A stretch of 64,000 nucleotides of DNA from Acidimicrobiia bacterium. Its GTDB lineage: Bacteria > Actinomycetota > Acidimicrobiia > UBA2766. Position numbers and translations under genes: made by a program. The notes beneath the pieces were generated by a model, which saw only the letters and a list, made by a program, of their open reading frames with translations, had not been told where the DNA came from and searched no databases. This document shows positions 27,483 through 35,900 of this stretch, in pieces (position 1 is the stretch's first letter; every line of letters begins with the position of its first letter). The DNA lies in NCBI GenBank assembly GCA_046331095.1, contig JAXLRM010000004.1:132316-196315 (forward strand), written 5' to 3'.

Positions 27483-29828
27483 CTAGGTACGCGGCGTCGT
27501 GGACACGGCGAGCGCCGCGGAGCCCCTCGAGGCCATGGGGAGCGTGAACACGAACGTCGCCCCACCCCCGGGCGTGTCCTCGACCCAGATCCGGCACCCG
27601 TCGCCGTGGGCCTCGACGAGCGCGCGGGCGATGGCGAGGCCGAGGCCGGTGCCGTGGCCGGGCGCCCCCGTCGCTCGCCAGTACCGGTCGAACACGAAGC
27701 CACGATCCTCGAGCCGCACACCCGGACCGTGGTCGACGACCTCGACGCGGACCTGCCCCGTGCCGGCGTCCGCCACCGCGGCGACCGACACCGCCGTTCC
27801 GGGCGGCGAGTACCGGATCGCGTTCGAGAGCAGGTTGTCGAGCACTTCGCGCAGCAGTGCCGGATCGGCGACGACGGCGAGCTCCGCTGCCACCTCGCCT
27901 GTCACCGTGTGACCACCGGCTGCCGCCGCGACCCCGGCTCCGGTCACGGCTGTCGCGACGACATCGCCCAAGGGGACGGTCCGGGCCACGACGGGGGTCT
28001 GTTCGAGGCGACGTCCCACACCGGCGTCGAGGTCGTCCAGCAGGGACGCGAGGCGTGCGGTCTCGTGCCGGATCGTGTCGACGAACTCGGCCGCCACGGC
28101 GTCCTCCCATCCGCCCATGAGGAGGGACTCGGCGCTGCCCCGGACGCTCGTGAGGGGCGTGCGCAGCTCGTGGGCGATGACGGTGAGAAACGTCATCGCC
28201 TCGCGCCTTCGTGCCGCGAGCTCGACGTTCGCCGCCTCGATCCCCGCCGCGATCCGATCGAACCCACGCGACGCCGGGACCAGCATGAAGACGGCGAACA
28301 ACGGGAGGACGAGGGGGACCTCGACGACCGGCAGTTGGGCGGGCGACATCGTCGGGACCACGGCGGCGGCCATCGCGAGCGTCGCCGCTGCGCCGAGCAC
28401 GAACATCTTCCAGCGCTCCAGCACGACGGTCATGCCGGCCGGCACGACGATCAGCACCCAGAGGGCTCCCGCCAGGCCACCGCTCGACGCCACGAGGCCG
28501 GCCACGACCCCCGTGTGGATCAGGATCGCGATCACGTAGCCGACCCGCAGGTCGGTGAAGCGGGGCACAGCGAAGGCCAGGGGCCAGAGGGCCGCGCAGG
28601 CGAGCAGGCCGACCAGCGACCCTGGCGCACCTCCCACCACGATCCCGAGCGCGGTGAACACGAGCGCGCCACCGACCCAGGGTGCCGCGCTCACGACGGC
28701 CCTGTGCAAGGCCCGACCCCAGGCCTCCTGCCACGGTCCCGAGTCGCCGCCCTCCACGACGCAACTCCCGGCGGCTCCTGCGGTGGGCAGGTGGACCTCG
28801 ACGGCGCCCGGCACCCAGACGACCAGCCCGCCGTGGGCGGCGACGATGCCCTCCGCCACCTCGCGGGCAACCGGCGCCGGGGGCTCGAGCGTCGGCGCTG
28901 CGAGCACGACCTCCTCCGCGGTGGACGTGACCGTCCACGCTGCGCGGGGACCGGCCGCCGCCGCCAGGGCCTTGACGAGGTAGACGGGGTCCGCCATCAC
29001 GGTGGCGCGCACCCGGGCCCCCGCGGCGCCGACGACGAGGCCGGGATCGACCCGCTCGAACTGCAGCTCGGCCACTCCGCTGCGCACCCTGCTCGCCTCG
29101 AGCATCTCGTCCACGACGCCGGTCGCCGTGTCGGATGCGGCGATGATGCGCCGCTGGGCGGCTACCTCGGAAGGTGTCCGCGCCGCGTCCTCCATCTGGC
29201 CGATGAGGTCGCGCAGGCTCGCCGACAGCCACGCCTGTGCGGCGGCAGCGTGCTCGATCGCCGCCTCCAGACGTGCCCGGGCAGCGTCCGCGGTCCGACC
29301 GCGCGCCCACATGGCGACTGCGACGTCGCGTGCGAGCACCCCGAACGCGAAGAGCAAGCAGACGATCGCAGCGGCCTTGAAGGCGTCGGAGAAGGCGGGG
29401 TCGGCGCCTGCACGGCGCAGGGACACGCAGACCGCGGCCACACCCGCGCCGCCTGCGGCCGCTGCCGCGATCGTCCACCGGCTCGCAGGCGACAGCGCCA
29501 CCAGCGCGACCAGGCCGATGAACGCGGCCCACGTCACCCCGGCGGTACCGGCGTCGTAGTACATCCCGAAGGTCACCACCGCGTAGCCGCCGCAGACGGC
29601 GGTCGCGAAGCCGGCGCGGGCGCCGGCGATCCGCGCTACGACCAGGGCGAGCCCGATGGAGAGGATCGCCATCCCGATGAACAGGATCTGCTTCGGGCCG
29701 ACACCGAGGTCGTTGACGAGGTTCCAGAGCGTCGCGAGTGGAAGGGCAGCGACGTAGACCACCGCCACCAGCACCAGGGTCCGGAAGCGCTGCACCTCGG
29801 GCTCGGACGGCCGACTGCGCCTCTGCAT
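27483..29828 (-). CDS. Sensor histidine kinase with duplicated (degenerate + canonical) TM-kinase modules
   Basis: The canonical H-box is IAHELRTPLTS, the N-box is DNLLSNAIRY and the G-boxes are DHGPGV and GTGLGLAI in the C-terminal half. The start is taken at ATG 29828 (MQRRSRP); the track ORF extends to 30521. Confidence 0.8.
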   Translation of the reverse strand: MQRRSRPSEPEVQRFRTLVLVAVVYVAALPLATLWNLVNDLGVGPKQILFIGMAILSIGLALVVARIAGARAGFATAVCGGYAVVTFGMYYDAGTAGVTWAAFIGLVALVALSPASRWTIAAAAAGGAGVAAVCVSLRRAGADPAFSDAFKAAAIVCLLFAFGVLARDVAVAMWARGRTADAARARLEAAIEHAAAAQAWLSASLRDLIGQMEDAARTPSEVAAQRRIIAASDTATGVVDEMLEASRVRSGVAELQFERVDPGLVVGAAGARVRATVMADPVYLVKALAAAAGPRAAWTVTSTAEEVVLAAPTLEPPAPVAREVAEGIVAAHGGLVVWVPGAVEVHLPTAGAAGSCVVEGGDSGPWQEAWGRALHRAVVSAAPWVGGALVFTALGIVVGGAPGSLVGLLACAALWPLAFAVPRFTDLRVGYVIAILIHTGVVAGLVASSGGLAGALWVLIVVPAGMTVVLERWKMFVLGAAATLAMAAAVVPTMSPAQLPVVEVPLVLPLFAVFMLVPASRGFDRIAAGIEAANVELAARRREAMTFLTVIAHELRTPLTSVRGSAESLLMGGWEDAVAAEFVDTIRHETARLASLLDDLDAGVGRRLEQTPVVARTVPLGDVVATAVTGAGVAAAAGGHTVTGEVAAELAVVADPALLREVLDNLLSNAIRYSPPGTAVSVAAVADAGTGQVRVEVVDHGPGVRLEDRGFVFDRYWRATGAPGHGTGLGLAIARALVEAHGDGCRIWVEDTPGGGATFVFTLPMASRGSAALAVSTTPRT

Positions 29829-29916
29829 GTCCTGAAGGTAACGGGGGCGCGGCTGAGACCGCCTGCGGAAGTCCGGTGTGGAACCGGGAATCGCCTGAGA
29901 AGGACTTCCACTCACC

Positions 29917-31332
29917 GTGGGGGTCGCCCATGGTCTCGCCATGGCAACTCTCACCGCTCCACGCCGCCTGCCTCTCACCATGGCGTCGTCACCGCGGAGG
30001 CGGACACGGGTTCCCCTTGCCCGGCGCCTCACGTTCGGGCACCGGAGCCGTTTCGTGCACGCCGTGCTCGCGGGTTCGGCCGTCGTCGCGCTGGTGGTCG
30101 GGCAGGCCGCCACGATGGCGGGCCTGCTCTTGACGCCGCGCTGGGTCCGGGCGACGGGAGCGTCGGTGTGGGTCACCACCGCAGCAGACCGGCCCGGGTG
30201 GACGCCGGTACCGGCCGGGCTCGCGGGGAAGGTCGCCGCGATCGACGGAGTCGAGTCGGTGACCGGGGTGACCAGGCAGATGGCGGAGGCGGTCGTGACA
30301 GGGGAGGCGAACGCCGCGATCCTCGTCGCGTGGGACCCGGGGACGTTGGATGCCCCCCTGGTGGCGGGCCGGTCACCCGCCAAGGGTGACGAGGTCGTCC
30401 TCGACGCCGGGTTCGCGGCCGGGCGCGGGGTCGGCCTCGGCAGCTCGATCGCGTTGCGTATCGGCGACCACTCCACCGAGGTGGAGGTCGTCGGTCTCGG
30501 CAAGGACCTGTCGCTGCTCAACTACCAGGTGGTGCTGTGCGTACCGGATGTGATCAGGACGGTCTTCGGCACGGGCAGGTCGGGAGCGGCCTCGGAGGCC
30601 GCGGCCGGCGACCTCGAACGCCTAGCGTCGTCGCTCGACGCCGCGGGGGCTCCCTTGCGTGATGCCGAGGGCCCCCTCGGCTGGACCTCGGGAGCGGACA
30701 AGCTCGCCGCTGCACGGGAAGTCCTGCGGACGGCCTCGGGCGACGCCGTGCGCGCGGCTGCTGCGCTGCGCGCGGCCGCGGACCTCGTGTCGTCACCCGA
30801 GACCAACTCGCTGGCGCTGCGTGTGTCCCCCGGGCGGGAAGAGGAGGTCGCGAAGCGGATCCGGTCGATGCCGGAGTTCCTCGGCTCCGTCGACGCCCAC
30901 TCGGCCGCCCACGAGGAGCACCAGGTGCTCGCGACGACCGCCGCACCGTTCCTCCCGGTCCTCGCTGCGATCGTCGGCCTCGTACTCGGCCTCGGTTGCG
31001 TCGTCATGGCGCTGCTCCTGCTCGGGATGGTCGGCGAGGCCACCGGCGACTACGCGACACTGGCCGCGATCGGCGCCGGCGGCGCCCGCCTCGCCCGCGT
31101 GGTCTTCACGCAGTGCCTGCTCGCGGCGGTCTCCGCGGGTGTCCTCGGTATCGCGGTGGGGGCTGCCCTCGTGGCAGCGATGCGAAGGGCCATGCCGATG
31201 CTGCCGCTGGCATGCACCCCCAGCGTGCTCGGCGCCGGCATCGGCGTGGCCGTCGCCATGGGTGTGGTGGCGTCGCTCGCCCCGCTGCGGTCGCTGCGGC
31301 GCATCGAACCGGCATCGGTGTTCAGGTCGTGA
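29917..31332 (+). CDS. FtsX/MacB-type ABC transporter permease
   Basis: 471 aa. An N-terminal TM helix is followed by a large extracytoplasmic domain and a C-terminal three-TM FtsX domain (...LAPLRSLRRIEPASVFR). The start is uncertain: GTG 29917, ATG 29941 or ATG 29980. Confidence 0.75.
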   Translation: MGVAHGLAMATLTAPRRLPLTMASSPRRRTRVPLARRLTFGHRSRFVHAVLAGSAVVALVVGQAATMAGLLLTPRWVRATGASVWVTTAADRPGWTPVPAGLAGKVAAIDGVESVTGVTRQMAEAVVTGEANAAILVAWDPGTLDAPLVAGRSPAKGDEVVLDAGFAAGRGVGLGSSIALRIGDHSTEVEVVGLGKDLSLLNYQVVLCVPDVIRTVFGTGRSGAASEAAAGDLERLASSLDAAGAPLRDAEGPLGWTSGADKLAAAREVLRTASGDAVRAAAALRAAADLVSSPETNSLALRVSPGREEEVAKRIRSMPEFLGSVDAHSAAHEEHQVLATTAAPFLPVLAAIVGLVLGLGCVVMALLLLGMVGEATGDYATLAAIGAGGARLARVVFTQCLLAAVSAGVLGIAVGAALVAAMRRAMPMLPLACTPSVLGAGIGVAVAMGVVASLAPLRSLRRIEPASVFRS

Positions 31333-31367
31333 CCCCGGCCTGGGGTCTGCGGGATCGGAGGAGACCG

Positions 31368-32024
31368 GTGCAACAGCAACCGTTGGTGGAAGCCGTCGGC
31401 ATCGAGTGCGACGCGGGCGGGCGGCGCATCCTCGACCTCGCCTGGATCGGGGCCTGGCCCGGCGAGGTCGTGGTCGTGCGGGGCCCGTCGGGGTCGGGCA
31501 AGACGACGCTGCTGTCGGTGCTGGGGGCGCTCCTGGCTCCGACCGCCGGCACGCTCGCCTACGGTGGCAAGGAGGTCTCGTGGCGCCGCCCCGGCGCCCT
31601 GGCCCGGATCCGCCGGGACAGGGTCGGGTTCGTCTTCCAGCGGGACCGCCTCCTCGAGCCGCTCACCGCTGCGGAGAACGTCGCCGTCGCGCTCGAGTTG
31701 GGTGGGCGGGCCGGTGCCGAGCGCGTCGACGCATTGCTCGCACGTGTGGGCATGACGGAGCGGTCCGCGACCGCCGCACGCAAGCTGTCGGGGGGCGAAC
31801 GCCAGCGGGTCGCGGTCGCACGTGCGCTGGCGAACGAACCCGGCCTGGTCCTCGCCGACGAGCCGACCGCCAGTCTCGACGCACCGAACGTGGAGCGCAT
31901 CGCCGACCTGCTCGCCGGCGCCGCGGGCCCGGGCCGGGCCGTGGTCGTCGCGACCCACGACGACCGCCTCACCCGCATCGCCACCCGGGTGCTCACCCTC
32001 GACGACGGCCGCCTCGCCTCGTAG
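31368..32024 (+). CDS. ABC transporter ATP-binding protein (MacB/LolD type)
   Basis: Walker A is GPSGSGKTT, the signature is LSGGERQRV and Walker B is LVLADEPT. GTG 31368 is preceded by GGAGGAG. An alternative GTG at 31329 overlaps the permease stop. Confidence 0.85.
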   Translation: MQQQPLVEAVGIECDAGGRRILDLAWIGAWPGEVVVVRGPSGSGKTTLLSVLGALLAPTAGTLAYGGKEVSWRRPGALARIRRDRVGFVFQRDRLLEPLTAAENVAVALELGGRAGAERVDALLARVGMTERSATAARKLSGGERQRVAVARALANEPGLVLADEPTASLDAPNVERIADLLAGAAGPGRAVVVATHDDRLTRIATRVLTLDDGRLAS

Positions 32025-32034
32025 GTGGCCCCGG

Positions 32035-32206
32035 GGTTCTGGCCGGTTCCGCCGCCGCGGTTGGAGAACAGGTCGGCCACGCGCAGGGGTTTGGAGAACT
32101 GCGAGCGCGATTTCGGGCGCCGCAGTTCTCCAACCCCTGGCTTCTGGCCGGTTTCTTATCCAAGGGGGGTGCCGGAGAGGGGTACCGGAGAGGGGTGCCG
32201 GAGGGG
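32035..32206. repeat. Composite intergenic repeat structure
   Basis: - TTCTGGCCGGTT is a direct repeat at 32037-32048 and 32142-32153.
- GGTTGGAGAAC-like sites occur twice direct and once inverted.
- A 17-bp-stem hairpin spans 32086-32137.
- A 13-bp unit repeats three times in tandem at 32168-32206 (GGTGCCGGAGAGG, GGTACCGGAGAGG, GGTGCCGGAGGGG). Confidence 0.8.
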
Positions 32207-32230
32207 GTGCGAGGAAGTGCGGGGCACTTA

Positions 32231-32260
32231 TTGCATTGCCGTGGCAACAACGGTAGGAAT
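32231..32260 (+). promoter_or_regulatory. Candidate sigma-70-type promoter of the TPP-enzyme operon
   Basis: TTGCAT (32231-32236), 17 nt, then TAGGAAT (32254-32260), in a locally AT-richer patch 46 nt upstream of ATG 32306. GGGGGAG is the SD. Confidence 0.35.
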
Positions 32261-32305
32261 TGCGGCGCTAGGGTGCCCAGCGTCGACCGAAGCGGGGGAG
32301 ACGAG

Positions 32306-33976
32306 ATGTACGACCGGCACGACGGCGGTCGCTTGGTCGCCAAGACGCTGGCTGCCGCGGGGGTACGCCATCTCTTCTGCCTCCAGGGCGGCCACATCGA
32401 CTCCCTCCTCTACGGCTGCCTGAACGAGGGCATCGGCATCGTCGACACGCGTCACGAGCAGGCCGCCGCGCACATGGCAGAAGGCTGGGCGCTCGCCACA
32501 GGCGAGACCGGGGTCTGCGCGGTCACCGCAGGGCCGGGGATCTCCGACGCCGTCACGGGACTCGCCAACGCGCAGATGTCGCTGAGTCCGATGGTCACGA
32601 TCGCCGGTGCACGCCCGCTCGAGCAAGCCGACACGTGGCCGCTGCAGGACCTCGACCAGCTCGAGATGGTCAAGCCGATCACGAAGTGGGCGCGCACGTG
32701 CGCGACGGCGCAGCGCTGCGGCGAGTACACCGCCGCCGCCCTCGCCGAGGCGCGCAGCGGCCGCCCCGGACCCACCTACCTCGGGATCCCCCTCGACGTG
32801 TTGTTCGCGCGGACGCCCGAGACCACGCCCGTCGCTGCGCCCGTCGCCGCTTCCGCCGCGGGACCGGATCCCGCGTCGTTGCAGGCCGCCGCCGACGTCC
32901 TCCGGCGCGCCGAGCGGCCGATCGTCGTCGCGGGAAGCGGCACGCACTGGTCCGGCGCGGGCGACGCGCTCGCGCGACTCGCCGAGACTGCGGGACTGCC
33001 GGTGTTCACGATCAACGCCGGCCGCGGCGTCCTCGCCGACACCCACGAATGGTGCTTCGGTCCCACCATGCCGATCGGAGGCGCTTTCGGGGACGCCCTC
33101 GCGGCGGACGTCGTCGTGGTCCTCGGCGCCCGCATCGGCTTCACCCTCCTCAACGGGGCGTTCTTCCGCGGCAAGACCGTGATCCGCGTCGACCTCGACG
33201 CGGCGGAGATGGGCCGCAACCTCGCCGGCACCCACAACATCGTCTCCGACGCCCGCGAGTTCTGCGAGCGTCTCGCCGACGGCTGGGAGGGAGGCATCTC
33301 CCCCGAGCGGGCCCGCTGGGGCGACCACCTGCGCGAGGCCGCCGCCAAGAACCGCCAGGGCATGGTCAACCAGTTCTCCGGCGCGAGCGGCGCCGCCATC
33401 CACCCCTTCGAGCTCGTCCACGCGATCGACGAGGTCGCCGGCCCCGAGGCGACGCTGGTCTCCGACGGCGGCGACATCATGACGTGGGCCTCGATGGCGT
33501 TCACCGCGCGGGGGCCGGGACGGCACATCTCGCTCAGCACCTACCTGGGTTGCCTCGGTGTCGGCATCCCCTTCGCGCTGGCCGCGAAGCTGGCACGGCC
33601 CGACCAGCCCGTGTTCCTGCTCGAGGGCGACGGCGCGTTCGGTCTCAACGCGATGGAGATCGACACCGCCGTGCGCCACGGGCTGCCGATCGTGTGCATC
33701 ATCGGCAACGACGGCTCATGGGGGATGTCGCGTCACGGCCAGGGCCTGCAGTTCGGCTACGACCAGCTCGTCGCCACAGAGCTCGGCGTGCGGCCCTACC
33801 ACGAGATGGTCAAGGGCCTCGGCGGCTACGGCGAGTTCGTCGACGACCTCGCCGACCTGCGCGGCGCCGTCGACCGTGCGCTGGCATCGGGGCTGCCCGC
33901 GTGCGTCAACGTCGCGATCGATCCTGCGGTCTACTCGCCGATGACCGCGGCGATGGCCTCGATGGGCATCAGCTAG
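32306..33976 (+). CDS. Thiamine pyrophosphate-dependent enzyme (acetolactate synthase/oxalyl-CoA decarboxylase-like)
   Basis: 556 aa from the tail of track ORF 30659..33976. GVRHLFCLQGGHIDSL...RHEQAAAHMAEGWA...CAVTAGPGISDAVTGLANA is the N-terminal PYR domain. GDGAFGLNAMEIDTAVRHGLPIVCIIGNDGSWG is the TPP-binding motif. Confidence 0.85.
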   Translation: MYDRHDGGRLVAKTLAAAGVRHLFCLQGGHIDSLLYGCLNEGIGIVDTRHEQAAAHMAEGWALATGETGVCAVTAGPGISDAVTGLANAQMSLSPMVTIAGARPLEQADTWPLQDLDQLEMVKPITKWARTCATAQRCGEYTAAALAEARSGRPGPTYLGIPLDVLFARTPETTPVAAPVAASAAGPDPASLQAAADVLRRAERPIVVAGSGTHWSGAGDALARLAETAGLPVFTINAGRGVLADTHEWCFGPTMPIGGAFGDALAADVVVVLGARIGFTLLNGAFFRGKTVIRVDLDAAEMGRNLAGTHNIVSDAREFCERLADGWEGGISPERARWGDHLREAAAKNRQGMVNQFSGASGAAIHPFELVHAIDEVAGPEATLVSDGGDIMTWASMAFTARGPGRHISLSTYLGCLGVGIPFALAAKLARPDQPVFLLEGDGAFGLNAMEIDTAVRHGLPIVCIIGNDGSWGMSRHGQGLQFGYDQLVATELGVRPYHEMVKGLGGYGEFVDDLADLRGAVDRALASGLPACVNVAIDPAVYSPMTAAMASMGIS

Positions 33977-34026
33977 TGCCGCATCGGCCAGATCGGCACA
34001 AGCCACTCGGGACGGGGAGCCCCCAC

Positions 34027-34881
34027 ATGTACGACATGGACGGCAAGGTCGCGCTCGTCACGGGCAGCGCCAGGCGCCGCTCGATCGGGCGTGCCATCGC
34101 GTTGCGCCTCGCGGCGGAGGGCTGCGACGTCGCCGCCCTCGACATCGGCCGCCCGTATGCGGAGCTGCCCGCGTACGCCCAGCTCGCGTCGGCCGACGAG
34201 CACGCCGAGACGTGCGCGCTCGTCGAGGACGCCGGGCGCCGCGCCGTGGCCGTGCGGGCCGACGTCTCCGTCGAGGACGAGGTCGAGGCGGCCGTCGCGG
34301 AGGCGCTCGCGGCGTTCGGTCGCATCGACGTCGTCGTGAATGCCGCGGGCGGCGCCGGCATGGGCATGGGCGCAGCCCCGCTGATCGCACTCCCAGCGGA
34401 CCAGTGGTCCAAGCTCGTCGACGTCAACCTCAAGGGCACCTGGCTCGTGAGCCGCGCCGCCGCACGCGACATGGTCGCCCGCGGCGAGGGTGGGCGCATC
34501 ATCTGCATCTCGAGCCAGGCCGCCAAGACGGGGTTCCCGCTGCTCGGCGCCTACTGCGCCGCGAAGGCGGGGATACTCGGCATGGTGAGGGCGTGGGCGC
34601 TCGAGCTCGCCGCCGCCGCGATCACCGTCAACGCCGTCTGCCCCGGCACCGTCGACACCGACCTGACCAACAAGGACGGGATGATGGGCCAGATGATGGC
34701 GATGGCGTCGGGCAAGGACCCCGAGACCGCGCTCGCGGACTTCGTGCGCCGCGAGATCCCGCTGGGGCGCCTCGAGACCCCCGAGGACGTCGCCGACGTC
34801 GTCGCGTTCCTGGCGTCGGAACAGGCCGGCTACATGACCGGCCAGGCGATCAACGTCACCGGCGGCCAGGAGATGCACTGA
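34027..34881 (+). CDS. SDR-family oxidoreductase
   Basis: 284 aa. VALVTGSARRRSIGRAIA is the cofactor-binding motif and YCAAKAG is the YxxxK catalytic motif. PGTVDT is also present. Confidence 0.85.
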   Translation: MYDMDGKVALVTGSARRRSIGRAIALRLAAEGCDVAALDIGRPYAELPAYAQLASADEHAETCALVEDAGRRAVAVRADVSVEDEVEAAVAEALAAFGRIDVVVNAAGGAGMGMGAAPLIALPADQWSKLVDVNLKGTWLVSRAAARDMVARGEGGRIICISSQAAKTGFPLLGAYCAAKAGILGMVRAWALELAAAAITVNAVCPGTVDTDLTNKDGMMGQMMAMASGKDPETALADFVRREIPLGRLETPEDVADVVAFLASEQAGYMTGQAINVTGGQEMH

Positions 34882-34910
34882 GACGCCCGCGCGAGCAGAG
34901 GAGTCCGAAG

Positions 34911-35876
34911 ATGGTCGACATCGCGCACAAGCAGGTGCAGGCGAACGGGATCAGCCTCCACGTCGCCGAGGCCGGAGACGGCCCGCTGGTGCTGCTCTGC
35001 CACGGCTTCCCCGAGCTGTGGTACTCGTGGCGCCACCAGATCGACGCCCTCGCCGCGGCCGGCTACCGCGTCGTCGCGCCGGACCAGCGCGGCTACGGCG
35101 GCAGCGACCGTCCCGAGGCCGTCGGGGCGTACACGCTGTTGCACCTCGTCGGCGACATGGTCGGCCTGCTCGACGCGCTCGGCGAGGAGTCGGCCACGAT
35201 CGTCGGCCACGACTGGGGTTCGATGGTCGCCTGGAACGCGGCCCTGTTGCGCCCCGACCGCTTCCCGGCCGTGGTCGGCATGAGCGTCCCGTACGCGCCG
35301 CGGACACCGGTGTCGCCGCTCGAGATCATGAAGGCGATGTGGAAGGACCGCTTCTTCTACATGCTCTACTTCCAGGAGCCCGGCAAGGCCGAGGCCGAGC
35401 TCGAGGCCGACGTCGCGCGCACGATGCGTATGACGCTGTACTCGGCGTCGGGCTCCGTCGGCGAGGACTTCGAGCCCGCCATGGACCTTCCCGTCGACTC
35501 GGGGTTCCTCGACATGATGGTCGACCCTGCGGAGCTGCCGGACTGGCTCGGCGCCGCCGACCTCGCCGTCTACACCGAAGCGTTCGAGACCACCGGCTTC
35601 CGCGGCGGGCTCAACTGGTACCGCAACTGGGACCGCAACTGGGAGCTGATGGGCGCCTGGAACGCCGCCAAGGTGACGGTCCCGGCGCTGTTCGTGGCGG
35701 GCAAGCGCGATGTGGTCGTCGCCAACGCGATGGCCGGCCCGCTGCTCGACATGCAGGCCACCATGGTGCCGGACCTGCGCGACATGGTGATGATCGACGG
35801 CGCCGGCCACTGGGTCCAACAAGAGGCGCCCGACGCGGTCAACACGGCCCTGGTCGAGTTCCTGTCGGGACTCTGA
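34911..35876 (+). CDS. Alpha/beta hydrolase, epoxide hydrolase-like
   Basis: 321 aa. LLCHGFPELWYSWRHQ is the HGxP oxyanion motif plus WYSWR, VGHDWGS is the Asp nucleophile motif, and GLNWYRN and GAGHWVQQE are also present. Confidence 0.85.
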   Translation: MVDIAHKQVQANGISLHVAEAGDGPLVLLCHGFPELWYSWRHQIDALAAAGYRVVAPDQRGYGGSDRPEAVGAYTLLHLVGDMVGLLDALGEESATIVGHDWGSMVAWNAALLRPDRFPAVVGMSVPYAPRTPVSPLEIMKAMWKDRFFYMLYFQEPGKAEAELEADVARTMRMTLYSASGSVGEDFEPAMDLPVDSGFLDMMVDPAELPDWLGAADLAVYTEAFETTGFRGGLNWYRNWDRNWELMGAWNAAKVTVPALFVAGKRDVVVANAMAGPLLDMQATMVPDLRDMVMIDGAGHWVQQEAPDAVNTALVEFLSGL

Positions 35877-35900
35877 ACCCGAACGCGAGGAGAACAGCTC

